Origin: Octopus bimaculoides
Taxonomy: Eukaryota
Length of the DNA stretch: 64,000 bases
Reading direction: 5' to 3'
NCBI RefSeq assembly: GCF_001194135.2
Contig: NC_068981.1
Coordinates: forward strand, 5,068,404-5,132,403
Notes under the pieces: model-generated
The model's input: only the letters and a program-made list of their open reading frames with translations
What the model was told of the DNA's origin: nothing
Database searches by the model: none
Program-made: the position numbers and the translations under genes
Shown here: one piece after another, positions 1 through 11,890 of the stretch
Layout: the number at the start of each line of letters is the position of its first letter
Position numbering within the stretch: the stretch's first letter is position 1

Positions 1-87
1 CCCAAACTTTGTGAGTGGATTTGATAAACAGAAACTGAAAGAAGCCCATCATATATATATATATGGAGAGAGAGAGTGAGAGAGAGA

Positions 88-260
88 GTTGAAAACAGTT
101 TGATTCTGATTCTGTGCTACTTAGTTTCAAAGCCCCTAATAGGGGCCTTTCATTAGGCTAGTGGAAATTCAAATTGGATTGCCACTGGCCTAATGAAAGG
201 CCCTCGTTAGAAGCTTTGAGACTATAAGTAGCACAGAATTGAGATCAAACAGTTTTCAAC
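88..260. repeat. ~170-bp near-perfect palindrome (foldback MITE)
   Basis: gttgaaaacagtttgat...ggcctttcattaggc pairs with gcctaatgaaaggcc...atcaaacagttttcaac. Confidence 0.85.
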
Positions 261-453
261 AATACATGTAACTCCCAATAAATGTGTTAAGGCCCCTTTC
301 TTTCATTTGTCCTGTCACTTGTGTGTGTGTGTGTGTGTGTGTAAACTCGTGAGGTCAGTTTGCTCAACTAAAACCTTCCAAGGTGGTGCCCCAGCTTGGC
401 CATAGTCAGATCTACCAAATCCAGGCTGCCCTGAATTTGGTAGATAGTGACCC

Positions 454-656
454 TAACCTTTTAGCATTCAGATTATTCCCTCAGCATCTAATGCTTATTA
501 ATTCACATTATCTTTTAGCTTTGAGATTTCAGTGATGTGGTTGTTTATTTTTAGAATGACATTGTAGGGTAGGTGTGATGGGCTGAATCTGGCTGGTTTG
601 GACATAAAGTAAAATATTTGGGCTTGATATGGCCAGTTTAAATGTGAACGGGTTAA
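454..656. mobile_element. piggyBac-type (TTAA-CCC...GGG-TTAA) MITE
   Basis: taaccttttagcattcag...gggttaa; related copies at about 50660-50873 and 62397-62450. Confidence 0.55.
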
Positions 657-1864
657 GATGACCCCTTGCCAATGATAAAATTAGCTTTACTGAAGTGGCC
701 CTACATCAACCCTAGGTTTTGAAACTGACACAAGGTCTGTAGGGGAGGGGGAGGGCTTTTATCTCATTTTACTTTTAGTCAGGGGAACAGACAGCCTCCA
801 TAAATCTTTACAAGACCTCCAAGACTGGTGGGAGGGAAAGATTCTTGGCCTGAATCTTTACAACAAAGTGGACCCTATGAAACTCACCCCAGGTGCCAGC
901 CAGTGGTATACATCTTCTAAAAGATAGTTTTAAAAGTGTTATAATCAAATAATTTTCTTTTCCCCAATGGTTCATTTTTTATTCTTCCAGTATAAGTATA
1001 GACAACATATTCTTTTTAACAGGTGTCAAATCTGTCTGGAATATCTCACTTTCATTCTAATCTTCCTCTCAGTATTAATCCACGTTTCTTTGTGTGTCTT
1101 AATCCATGTGTGAAATTTGGATTAATATTGGAAGTTGTTTTATAGAAGCAGCTAAAAGACATTATTAAGTAATGTTGTTCTCAGAGCAGCTGTTAAAATG
1201 ATAAAAAGCTGTAACTGGGTTTTGTTGACTGGATTTAGAGTCAATAAAGAAACCAAAGTATTTTGTAGAAAAGGATTGCCTGAGATAGTATTACAGATTA
1301 ATCTTAATATATATATGCGTGGGTGTGTTTATGTATATATAGAGATAGATATGTGTACAGGCATGGCTGTGTGGTAAAGATACTTGCTTCCCGGCCATGT
1401 GGTTTCTGGTTCAGTCCCATTAGTGGCACCTCAGGCAGTGTCTTCAACTACAGCCCTGGGCCAACCAAAGCTTTGTGGGTAGATTTGGTTGTCTGAAACT
1501 GAAAGAAGCCCATCCTGTGCATGCGTGTGTGTTAGGAAGGGCATCAAGTCGCAGAAACCATTCCATAGCAGCTCTTGGACACATCAGTTCCTGTCAAACC
1601 ATCCAACTGATGCCAGCATGAAACATGGATGTTGAATTATGATGATGTGGGAAGGGTGTGTGGAGGGGGAATTCCTTTGTCTTGACATCACATGATGGTT
1701 GTGGACAAGCATTCCTCATTTCCAGTCTTCCATGGAAAACATGTCTGGCCATGGGGAAATGGTACCTTGTTTGAAATCAGATGAGGGTTGGTGATGGAAA
1801 GGGCATTCAGCCATAGAAAATCAACAAATTCCTTGTGATCCATGCAGACATGGAAAAGTGAACA

Positions 1865-2058
1865 TTAACTTTTTCAATACCAACCCGGCTGAAACCAGCT
1901 CTGGCTCTGTAGTACAAATGTCTTGTTTTCAAAAGTTTTGAATTAATATCTTCCACCAAACCTTAGTCACAATTTATGTTCCTAACACTAGCTGAATGAT
2001 AAAAGTAATTGAAAGAAACACAGAGCATCTCAAAATAAATACAGTAATAAAGGGTTAA
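1865..2058. mobile_element. Second TTAA-bounded MITE family
   Basis: ttaactttttcaataccaacccggctgaaacc...aaagggttaa; a similar start occurs near 19413. Confidence 0.5.
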
Positions 2059-4186
2059 AAGTTTGTCAAATTATTATTAAAATGAAGTTTCTCAACTTCA
2101 TAACGGGGGCAACAGCATAAAATATCAGTGTTTGTGCATGTTCAACCGAACGAGGATGTTTCTCATCCATCACAAGGTTTTTATCTTTTTTTCCGGGTTC
2201 GGTCCAACTACATGGCACCTTGAGCAAGAGTCTTCTACAATAGCTTTGAACCAATCAAAGCCTTCTGAGTGGATTTCATTGACGGAAACTGAAAGAAGCC
2301 AATCCTATATATGTGTTTGTGTTTGTTCCCACCACAGCTTGACAACCAGTGTTATTGTGTTTACATTCCTGTAACTAAGCAGTTCAATAAAAGAGACTGA
2401 TAGAATAAGTACCAGGATTTTAAAAATAATTGCTGGGGTTCATTTGTTCACCTAAAATTCTTGCTGTTGGTGCCCCAGCATGGCCACAGGCGTGGCTGCA
2501 TGGTTAAAAACATTCACTTTGTAACCAGTGGTTCTGGGTTCAGTCTCACCGCATGGCACTTTGGTTGAGTGAATTTAGCAGACAGAAACTACAGAATCCT
2601 ACCAGGTGTGTGTGTCTTTGTGTTTGCCCCACCATCACCACCTCGTGACAACCAGTGTTGGTTTGTTTACATCCCCATAACTTAGTAGTTCAACAGTAGA
2701 GACCAATAGAATAAGTACCACACTTGAAAATAAGTGTAGGGGTTGATTTGTTTGACTTAAACCCTTCAAGGTGGTGCCCCAGCATGGCCACAGTCCAATG
2801 ACTAAAGCAAGTAAAAGGTAAAATGGAAACAAAATGATTCAATTAATTACAAAATTAAAATTAAAAAAAAAACTTGATGGGTTTTTTTTTTCTTTTGTTT
2901 TCGCTTCTGAGTTTCTCTTTAGTTACTTATCTTCATTGTTTGACACTAACTTTTGATAAAATGGTAAATTTACTTACCTTCGATTTAATTCTTCACAACC
3001 AACCAGTGTAAGAGGACGCAGATACTGTCAAAGTAAGTTTTGTAGACCAAAATCTTAGTTGACACTTTGTTGACTTTGTCGGTTTTTAGTAGTTACTTGG
3101 TAACCAATCCTTACTAGATTCGTTCCTCTCGAGCTCTAAGCTCTATCGTAAGTAACTCCGTATAAACTCCTCCTACTTTAATCCCAGTCACTTTTCAACA
3201 ACAGCTGATTCCCTCTTCTCAGCTAATCTCTTGTCTGTAGAAAACCTGTGAACAGTCGACTGAGTGTTAGTTTTAGGCTAATTACTTGTTGGAGCATGCA
3301 AAGAGAAATTAATATCAGTTGTTAACTTAGCGCCTTTGATATATATCTGCTGGCTTTTACAGTTTTAAACATCTACAGCAACTTCACCGTTCAAAGATCC
3401 CGTTTTCTTTTTTCTTTAATGTTTTTATCTTGTTCCAGTCATTAGACTGTGGCCATGCTGGGGCACTTTAGTCGAATGAATTGACCCGCAAGACTTTTTT
3501 TTCTTTTTAAGCCTGGTAATTGTTCTATTGGTCTCCTTTGCTGAACTGCTAAAGTATGGGGCTGTAAACACACCAACACTGGTTCTCATGCAGTGGTGGG
3601 ACACACGCATATGTGATGGGCTTCTTTCAGTTTCCATCTACCAAATCCACTTACAAGCTTTGTTTATCCCAAGGCCATAGAAGTAGGCACTTGCCAAAGC
3701 TGCCACACATTGGGACTGAACCCAGAACCATGTGATTGAGAACCAAGCTTCTTACTACACAGCCATACCTATGCCTATTTATTTCTTTTTCTTATTCTCT
3801 CTCCCTCTCTCTCTCTCGTGTGTGTGTGTGTGCGTGCATTAAATGATTTACTTCTCAGTATGTCAAAAAACTAAGCCATCACAAGACTTATTAAAATATA
3901 AAATCATATATTCTCCCTCTTAACCTTTGAATTATTACATCAGTGTGAAGAGAACCACTTAAAAACCACACAATGATACTTGAAGACATTTCAATGCAAA
4001 AAAAAATATATATTATCTTTGTACTTTGTTTTCTTTCACACAAGAACATATCTATTCATTCTCGATACATTCTGGCAGATTCGAATTTGAATATGTTGAT
4101 TGCTGTTGTATTTCATCATTAGAGAACACTTCATCCCTTTACATGATGTGTTTTTATAAGACACGTGATTCATTGATGTAAGGAAG

Positions 4187-4235
4187 CTTTGAGACACCAT
4201 GGTGTTTTGACTTTATTCTGTCTCTTCAGTCAAAG
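4187..4235 (-). ncRNA. Minimal type I hammerhead ribozyme motif, copy 1 (G12 to A)
   Basis: Minus strand reads CTTTGA-CTGAAGA-GAC(AGAATAAA)GTC-AAAA-CACCATGGTG-TC-TCAAAG: 6-bp stem I, CUGANGA core, 3-bp stem II, palindromic stem III and GUC cleavage triplet. GAAA is mutated to AAAA. Confidence 0.7.
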
Positions 4236-4515
4236 TTACCCCAGATCAATGAATTTAACACATTTACTAGTTCCTATTTATGGATATCAGCAAACATGAT
4301 TGTTGAGGTATGCTGATGTCTGCCAAATAGATAATAATTCATGGGTGCCTGCAAAGCATCAAGAATCCAGATGACAGCATATCTATTCATTCTCAATATG
4401 TTCTAGTAGATTTGAATAAGACTTCTGATTGCTGTTGTATTTCATCACTGGAGAACACCACCTCACTTTAAACGATGTGTGTTCATAGCACACAGGATTC
4501 ACTGACCTAAGACAA

Positions 4516-4563
4516 CTTTGAAACTCTGGTGTTTCGACCTTATTGTGTCTCTTCAGTCTAAAC
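4516..4563 (-). ncRNA. Hammerhead motif, copy 2 (core intact, stem III decayed)
   Basis: Minus strand reads GTTTAGA-CTGAAGA-GAC(ACAATAAG)GTC-GAAA-CACCAGAGT-TTC-AAAG; paralogous to 4187-4235. Confidence 0.55.
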
Positions 4564-4929
4564 GACCCTGGATCTGAACAGTTGATTTATAGAAATCATC
4601 AGTTTTCCATGCTGGCATGGGTTGGATGGTTTCACTGAAGCTGGCAAGGCTGGAGAGCTGCACCAGGCTCCACTTGCCTGCTTTGGCATGGTTTCTAAAG
4701 TTGGATGCCCTTCCTCATGCCAATCACTTCAAAGAGTGTACTTGGTGCTTTTCACATTGCACTAGCTCAAGTGCGTTTTATGTGGCACCAGCTACGGGTT
4801 TCTTTCAGTTTCCGTCTATGAAATCTGCTCACAAGGCTTTGGTTAGCCTAATGCTATAGTAGAAGATACTTGCCCAAGGTATCACACACTGGAATTGAAC
4901 CGAAAGCCATTCAAGAAGCAAACTTTTTG

Positions 4930-4969
<40 letters not shown>

Positions 4970-5229
4970 CCATATATCTTCATCATCAATTGATTTGCTG
5001 CATTTCTCTGATATATTAATTTCCAGACTTGATTTTTTGTTTGCCTTTCATTGAATTACATCTTTTTAAGACCTGTAATTAAGTTCATTACTTCTGTTGT
5101 AATTACTTAATTTGACACGACCTCATGAATATTTATCTTGACCCCCACATAGCTTCTTGGCTGTCCAACCACAAATTACATTCTCAAATTATAGTATCCA
5201 TTTGGTTTTGGTTTTTGCATTTTTGGGTT

Positions 5230-5263
<34 letters not shown>

Positions 5264-7304
5264 TCAGTGGGGTGTAAGTTAGAGGGGTGGGGCAATGTAA
5301 TGAAGCAGTGCTTATCTGTGGAATAAATTAAAATCTCAGTTTTTCAAAGTTATGAGAACCGTTTCCTTGAAGTTGATCTTTGAACTCAGTTGGAACAATC
5401 ATCTCCTGATTATATTTATTTTATGAGACATTCTGTCTTTGATAAAGTTGTTGTTATTATTAAGGTAACGAGCTGGCAGAATCATTAACATGCCAGGCAA
5501 AACGCTTAGTGGCATTTCGTCCAACTTTTATGTAAAAGAGTAAAGGCACATTAAGCTGCGTTCTGCCAAGGTCAACTTTGCCTTTCATCTTTTTGGAGGT
5601 TGGTAAAATAAAGTACCAGTGAAATACTGGAGTCAATATGAGTGACTTACCTCCTCCCCTTAAAATTGCTGGCCTTGTGCCAAAATTTGAAGCCATAAAT
5701 ATTGTTACTGTTAGTATTTTCATGTAATGCACCTTTTTCAATTTCCTGAAATGATCCTAATTATTATCAAAGAGTTCATATCCACAGAGAACTTCTTTAA
5801 GATCAGAGAAATTGGTTATGAATTTCTTTGAGAGAAGCTAAACGTTTCTTGGTGTCGACCAAGAAAGAGAGAGAAGTTTCTATTGGAAAATAGAAATAAC
5901 ATATTTCTAAATCTCTCAGAGAGATTTATGCAGTAGCAGCACGATAAAGTGATAGTATGTTGTCACAGGAAATTTGACTGTCCCATGAAAGGGAAGAATG
6001 CTACTGTTATTTAGCCCTAGGAAACACCGTTTCCTGTTGGACTTGACACATTTCCTGTGGCCTTATGTTTTCAAAGTGGAGACAAGCACCTCCACCCAGC
6101 AAAACCAGCATCCAGAGACTAGTTTCAGAGTCACTGCTCATTATCAGTCTGGAGTAGCATGGCTTGCTAGCTGCCGATGCCTATCTGCCTTTGAAAACAT
6201 ATATACTTCAAGTGACATACATTCACTGATTTTTGAAANNNNNNNNNNNNNNNNNNNNNNNNNNNNNNNNNNNNNNNNNNNNNNNNNNCCATTTCTAAAT
6301 CTCTCAGAGAGATTTATGCAGTAGCAGCACGATAAAGTGATAGTATGTTGTCACAGGAAATTTGACTGTCCCATGAAAGGGAAGAATGCTACTGTTATTT
6401 AGCCCTAGGTTTTGCTGGGTGGAGGTGCTTGTCTACACTTTGAAAACGTGTGTGGTTAAGGTTCCAGGTTCAGTCCCACTGTGTGTGACCTCTTGCTTCT
6501 GTGTTTAGCCTTGGGTTGACCAAAGCCTTGAAAGTGGATTTGGTAGATGGAAACTGAAAGAAACCCATCATGTGTGTGTTCCCCACCACTGCTTGGCAAC
6601 CAGTGTTGGTGTGTTTACATCCCTGTAATATAGTGGTTTGACAAAAGAGACTGATAGAATAAGTACCAGGCTTTAAGAAAAAAAGCACTGGGGTCAATTT
6701 GTTCCACTAAAAAACTTTCTAGGCAGTGCCCCAGCATGGCCACACTCTAATGACTGCACAAAATAAATAAATATCTGTTGAACTAATATTTTTTGCCAAC
6801 ATAACCTTCTTTCTTGATCCTTTTGCTCTCCACCCCGACCCCGTCCCTCTTGTCTTCATTCAGTCTCCCTTCTTAATAAAATATTTGGGAGACCATTATC
6901 ATTATTTAAACCTTAATGATTTCTATCCCTCTCTTAATTATTCTCTCTCTCTCACCCAATTACTCTCTCTCTTTCTTTCTCTCTCTCTCACAATTTCACT
7001 CAAAAGTCAACTTGGCCCGTCTCGCTCTCAGTTGTTCACCAATAGAGCAGGACGCCAAGAAACCACACACACACACACACGCACACACACACACTCCCCC
7101 CTCTCTCTCTCCAATGAAGTAGGCCACTAACAAGCACCACTTCCTCCACTCTCTCTCTCCAAACTTCAAAGATGTTTCTATTTTAGAAAACTTACTCAAC
7201 ATGTTATTCCTGTACTTCCCTTATACATTACATCAGGATCACTTTTCCAAATAGGAGTTGCTCCAATCTCTGTGTGTGCATGTGTATATTTATGTGTGTG
7301 TGTG

Positions 7305-7336
<32 letters not shown>

Positions 7337-8098
7337 CGCACACACACACTGGTGATTAACAGCCGTTAGTGTTACTTCCAGCTGTCAGTTTAAAATAATT
7401 ATTAGCCAAACCTTAAGAAATGGTGAGGTTAGATCTCAGCATGGTGGTTTTTACAGATGGAAATGGATTATGTGGCATTGTAGATGTTTCCCCCATTAAT
7501 GCCAGCAGGGGGGGAAATGGTCATTGGAACATTGATGATGATGGAAAACAAAACAGCATCATCATCATCATCATATTCTTCATCATTCAAATACCATACT
7601 TATCTTCCCTCTCTTACGAACGCTACAGAGTGGGGAGGGGAAGGGGTAAAAAGGAAAAGAAAATTAATAAAAAAAACATCCACTTGGCACTCAGCCATCC
7701 ATTTTACCCACTGCCACCCCCACCCTATTCCTGCCAACAAGCTGTCATTCTTACTAATGTAGAAAAAGATCTAAAGTATTTTTTTTTTCTTTTTCATTCT
7801 TAAACTTGCTGCTTCTTCATTCATAATTCTCCAAGACTGGNNNNNNNNNNNNNNNNNNNNNNNNNNNNNNNNNNNNNNNNNNNNNNNNNNNNNNNNNNNN
7901 NNNNNNNNNNNNNNNNNNNNNNNNNNNNNNNNNNNNNNNNNNNNNNNNNNNNNNNNNNNNNNNNNNNNNNNNNNNNNNNNNNNNNNNNTTGAAACCTGTT
8001 ATTCCATCACAAAAAGATGCAGCTTCTTCAGTTCAACATTTAAACTGTTTCTATATGTAACTTGACTAGAAAAGAAACAGGCTTACATCTGATGTAGG

Positions 8099-8465
8099 CG
8101 CAGGAGCGGCTGTGTGGTAAGTAGCTTGCTTACCAACCACATGGTTCCGGGTTCAGTCTCACTGTGTCGCATCTTGGGCAAGTGTCTTCTACTATAGCCT
8201 CGGGCCGACCAAAGCCTTGTGAGTGGATTTGGTAGACGGAAACTGAAAGAAGCCTATCATGTGTGTGTGTGTGTGTGTTTGTCCTCCCAATATCGCTTGA
8301 CAACCAATGCTGGTGTGTTTATGTCCCTGTAACTTAGCGATTCAGCAAAAGAGGCCAATAGAATAAGTACTAGGCTTACAGAGAATAAGTCCTGGGGTCG
8401 ATTTGCTCGACTAAAGGTGGTGCTCCAGCATGGCCACAGCCAAATGACTGAAACAAGTAAAAGAA
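8099..8465 (+). mobile_element. tRNA-derived SINE family A (representative well-preserved copy; many more in window)
   Basis: Head gctgtgtggtaag...ggttcagtc, core gtgagtggatttggtagacggaaactgaaagaagcc, internal (TG/TA)n linker, tail ccagcatggcc...gactgaaacaagtaaaag. Other copies at about 1360, 2180, 2490, 3430(-), 6455, 11080, 14140, 18670, 22360(-), 28530, 29105(-), 30120, 31500(-), 33030(-), 36030(-), 36400(-), 40140/41595(-), 44480(-), 45490(-), 55620(-), 58855, 62805 and 63860. Confidence 0.9.
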
Positions 8466-8791
8466 TAACAGAACCTGAGTGAGTGTGTGTGTGTGTGTTT
8501 CTTGTCTTGACATCATAATAGTTGTAAAGGGTTGTCACCGTCATATACGGGCAGTGTCATTCATTTCGAAATAGCTTTGAAAACACGAATGAGGGAAATA
8601 TGCCCTAGCTTGCAAATAAGTGGGGATTGGCAACTGGAAGAGCATCCAATTATAGGAAATCTGCCTCACACAAATTCCGTCCAACCCATGCCAGCATGAG
8701 AGTATGTACAGTGCCAATGACCGCAACATTGCCACAGGATAGAGGGCCAGATACTGTAACAGCCTGGGTTTCAAGAGCCCACAGCTCTTCA

Positions 8792-10430
8792 ATCATCATC
8801 ATCGTTTAACGTCCGCTTTCCATGCTAGCATGGGTTGGACGATTTGACTGAGGACTGGTGAAACCGGATGGCAACACCAGGCTCCAGTCTGATTTGGCAG
8901 AGTTTCTACAGCTGGATGCCCTTCCTAACGCCAACCACTCAGAGAGTGTAGTGGGTGCTTTTACGTGTCACCCGCACGAAAACGGCCACGCTCGAAATGG
9001 TGTCTTTTATGTGCCACCCGCACAAGCCAGTCCAGGGGCACTGGCAACGATCTCGCTCGAAAATCCTACAGGAGCCAGTCAGGCGGTACTGGCAACGGCC
9101 ACGCTCAAAATGGTGCATCTCATGTGCCACCCGCACAAGNNNNNNNNNNNNNNNNNNNNNNNNNNNNNNNNNNNNNNNNNNNNNNNNNNNNNNNNNNNNN
9201 NNNNNNNNNNNNNNNNNNNNNNNNNNNNNNNNNNNNNNNNNNNNNNNNNNNNNNNNNNNNNNNNNNNNNNNNNNNNNNNNNNNNNNNNNNNNNNNNNNNN
9301 NNNNNNNNNNNNNNNNNNNNNNNNNNNNNNNNNNNNNNNNNNNNNNNNNNNNNNNNNNNNNNNNNNNNNNNNNNNNNNNNNNNNNNNNNNNNNNNNNNNN
9401 NNNNNNNNNNNNNNNNNNNNNNNNNNNNNNNNNNNNNNNNNNNNNNNNNNNNNNNNNNNNNNNNNNNNNNNNNNNNNNNNNNNNNNNNNNNNNNNNNNNN
9501 NNNNNNNNNNNNNNNNNNNNNNNNNNNNNNNNNNNNNNNNNNNNNNNNNNNNNNNNNNNNNNNNNNNNNNNNNNNNNNNNNNNNNNNNNNNNNNNNNNNN
9601 NNNNNNNNNNNNNNNNNNNNNNNNNNNNNNNNNNNNNNNNNNNNNNNNNNNNNNNNNNNNNNNNNNNNNNNNNNNNNNNNNNNNNNNNNNNNNNNNNNNN
9701 NNNNNNNNNNNNNNNNNNNNNNNNNNNNNNNNNNNNNNNNNNNNNNNNNNNNNNNNNNNNNNNNNNNNNNNNNNNNNNNNNNNNNNNNNNNNNNNNNNNN
9801 NNNNNNNNNNNNNNNNNNNNNNNNNNNNNNNNNNNNNNNNNNNNNNNNNNNNNNNNNNNNNNNNNNNNNNNNNNNNNNNNNNNNNNNNNNNNNNNNNNNN
9901 NNNNNNNNNNNNNNNNNNNNNNNNNNNNNNNNNNNNNNNNNNNNNNNNNNNNNNNNNNNNNNNNNNNNNNNNNNNNNNNNNNNNNNNNNNNNNNNNNNNN
10001 NNNNNNNNNNNNNNNNNNNNNNNNNNNNNNNNNNNNNNNNNNNNNNNNNNNNNNNNNNNNNNNNNNNNNNNNNNNNNNNNNNGTTTTATCTACCTTCCTA
10101 CTTATTAGGATTTTGGTTTTAGCTAGGTTGACTCTAAGGCCCTTCAATTCTAGACCTTGCTTCCACACCTGAAACTTCTCCTCTAGTTCTGATAGTGACT
10201 CCGCAATTAGGGCAAGGTCATCAGCATAGAGGAGCTCCCAGGGGCAACCTGTCTTGAACTCCTCTGTGATTGCCTGGAGGACTATGGTAAATAATAGGGG
10301 GCTGAGGACGGAACCTTGGTGGACCCCTACCTCTACCCGGAATTCATTGCTGTACTCATTTCCAACCCTCACCTTACTGGCCGCATCTCTGTACATGGCT
10401 CGCACAGCTCTCACTAGCCATTTATCCTTT
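8792..10430 (-). mobile_element. 5'-truncated RTE-clade LINE (RT domain, gap, 3' UTR, (GAT)n tail)
   Basis: Uninterrupted frame 10083-10430 WLVRAVRAMY...GVHQGSVLSPLLF...LLYADDLALIAES...GLRVNLAKTK. The 3' end 8792-9139 ends in ccatgctagcatggaaagcggacgttaaacgatgatgat. The middle is N gap. Confidence 0.9.
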
Positions 10431-10800
10431 CCAAAAGCCTGAGAGACCTGCATGGAGTGGATGTGGGTATCTTCATCCACAGAACTGGATCACCTCCTGT
10501 CAAAAGTATCAGTTCAACAGCAGGAAATGCAGGTGAGCACAGCAACATGAAACACCCTCGTTCACCAAATGCCACATGTCAGAGGTGGTTTCAAGCAGTG
10601 AAAGTGTATCAAACCTAGTGGCAGTGCTCCAGCATGGCTGCAGTTTTCCAGCTGAAACTAATAAAAGTGAACTTCATAAAGGAGTCAATAAAATAAAGCA
10701 TCCGTTCGTTCCTGCTCAGCCTAACGATTGTTCTGCATCCATTCCCTGTTTTGTTTTCCTAATATTTCTCTGTCTTTTATGTTTGTTTGTTTGTTTGTAG

Positions 10801-10903
10801 GAGATGTCCTTGGTCTTCTGTTAGAGGTTGACAAACAACAGTTAGTGTTTCTATTAAATGGTAACAGCCTTCCGCCTAACAAGGAACTCTTCACTCATGC
10901 TAA
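10801..10903 (+). CDS. RSPRY1: RING finger and SPRY domain-containing protein 1, internal exon (SPRY domain)
   Basis: Acceptor tttgtttgtag and donor gtaagt; 103 nt, phase 1 to 2. Translates (G)DVLGLLLEVDKQQLVFLLNGNSLPPNKELFTHA(K), matching recalled RSPRY1 [31 protein letters not shown]. Confidence 0.93.
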
Positions 10904-11695
10904 GTAAGTATTTCAACACTGAATACATTTGACTGTCTCAACAAATTCACCGTAATTAAAAATGATTGGAATTTTTTTGTTGTTTCTTTTTCTGTCTTTC
11001 TTTCAAAAGAATTAAGAAACGGCAAATGTCAGATGAAATTAAAGAGACCAATGTCACATAAATGTTATGTATTTAGGCACAGATATGGCTGTGTGGTAAA
11101 AAGTTTGCTTCCCAACCACATGGTTCCAGGTTCAGTTCCACTGCATGGCACCTTGGGCAAGTGTCTTATTATAGCCTCAGATTGACCGAAACCCTTGTGA
11201 GTGAATCTGGTAGATGGGAACCAAAAGAAGCCTGTTGTGTGTGTCTGTGTGTCTCCCTCCACAGTTTCATAACTGACAGCCGTCCGTTTACATCCCCATT
11301 ACATCAGCAAAAGAGACCGATTGAATATGTACCAGACTTTAATCAAAAATTAATCCTGGGGTCGATTCCGTTAACTAAAAATTCTTCAAAGCCCCAGATG
11401 TAGCGAGGAACAAAGGAAAGGCACACACGTGTGTGGCGGACTTTTTTCAATTTCCATCTACCAAATCTACTCCCAAGGCTTTGGCGAATCTGAGGCTAAA
11501 GTAATAAACACTCACCCAAGGTGCCATGCAGCAGGACTGAACCCTGGACCATGTGGTTGGGAAGCAAACTTCCCACCACACAGCCACACCTCTATACAAT
11601 AGTTTTTAGAGCTATATACCATTTCCATCCCCAATAAGTACAACTGGTACCAATTTATTCATCATGTTAAAACCAAATGGAACTGAAATTTTTGA

Positions 11696-11890
<195 letters not shown>

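Larger units (their letters stand above)
4047..4575 (-). repeat. Two diverged ~200-bp direct repeats 331 bp apart, each containing a hammerhead motif
   Basis: catatctattcattctc...gattgctgttgtatttcatca...tctcttcagtc occurs at 4047-4247 and again at 4378-4575. Confidence 0.85.

Noticed and set aside
7457-7762. Open frames after ttttacag (DGNGLCGIVDVSP..., MFPPLMPAGG...)
   Set aside because: No resemblance to the expected RSPRY1 exon, no good donor, and the frames run into (CAT)n and poly-A low complexity.
8858-10480. Long ORFs of 385-513 aa in the track (likewise those at 20-22, 32, 42-43, 49-50, 55 and 59-60 kb)
   Set aside because: Their length comes from N runs translated as X; only the RT and mariner segments are real.
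10482-10531. AG...GTGAGC-bounded 50-nt exon-like segment
   Set aside because: Its peptide does not fit the RSPRY1 SPRY sequence required upstream of 10801.
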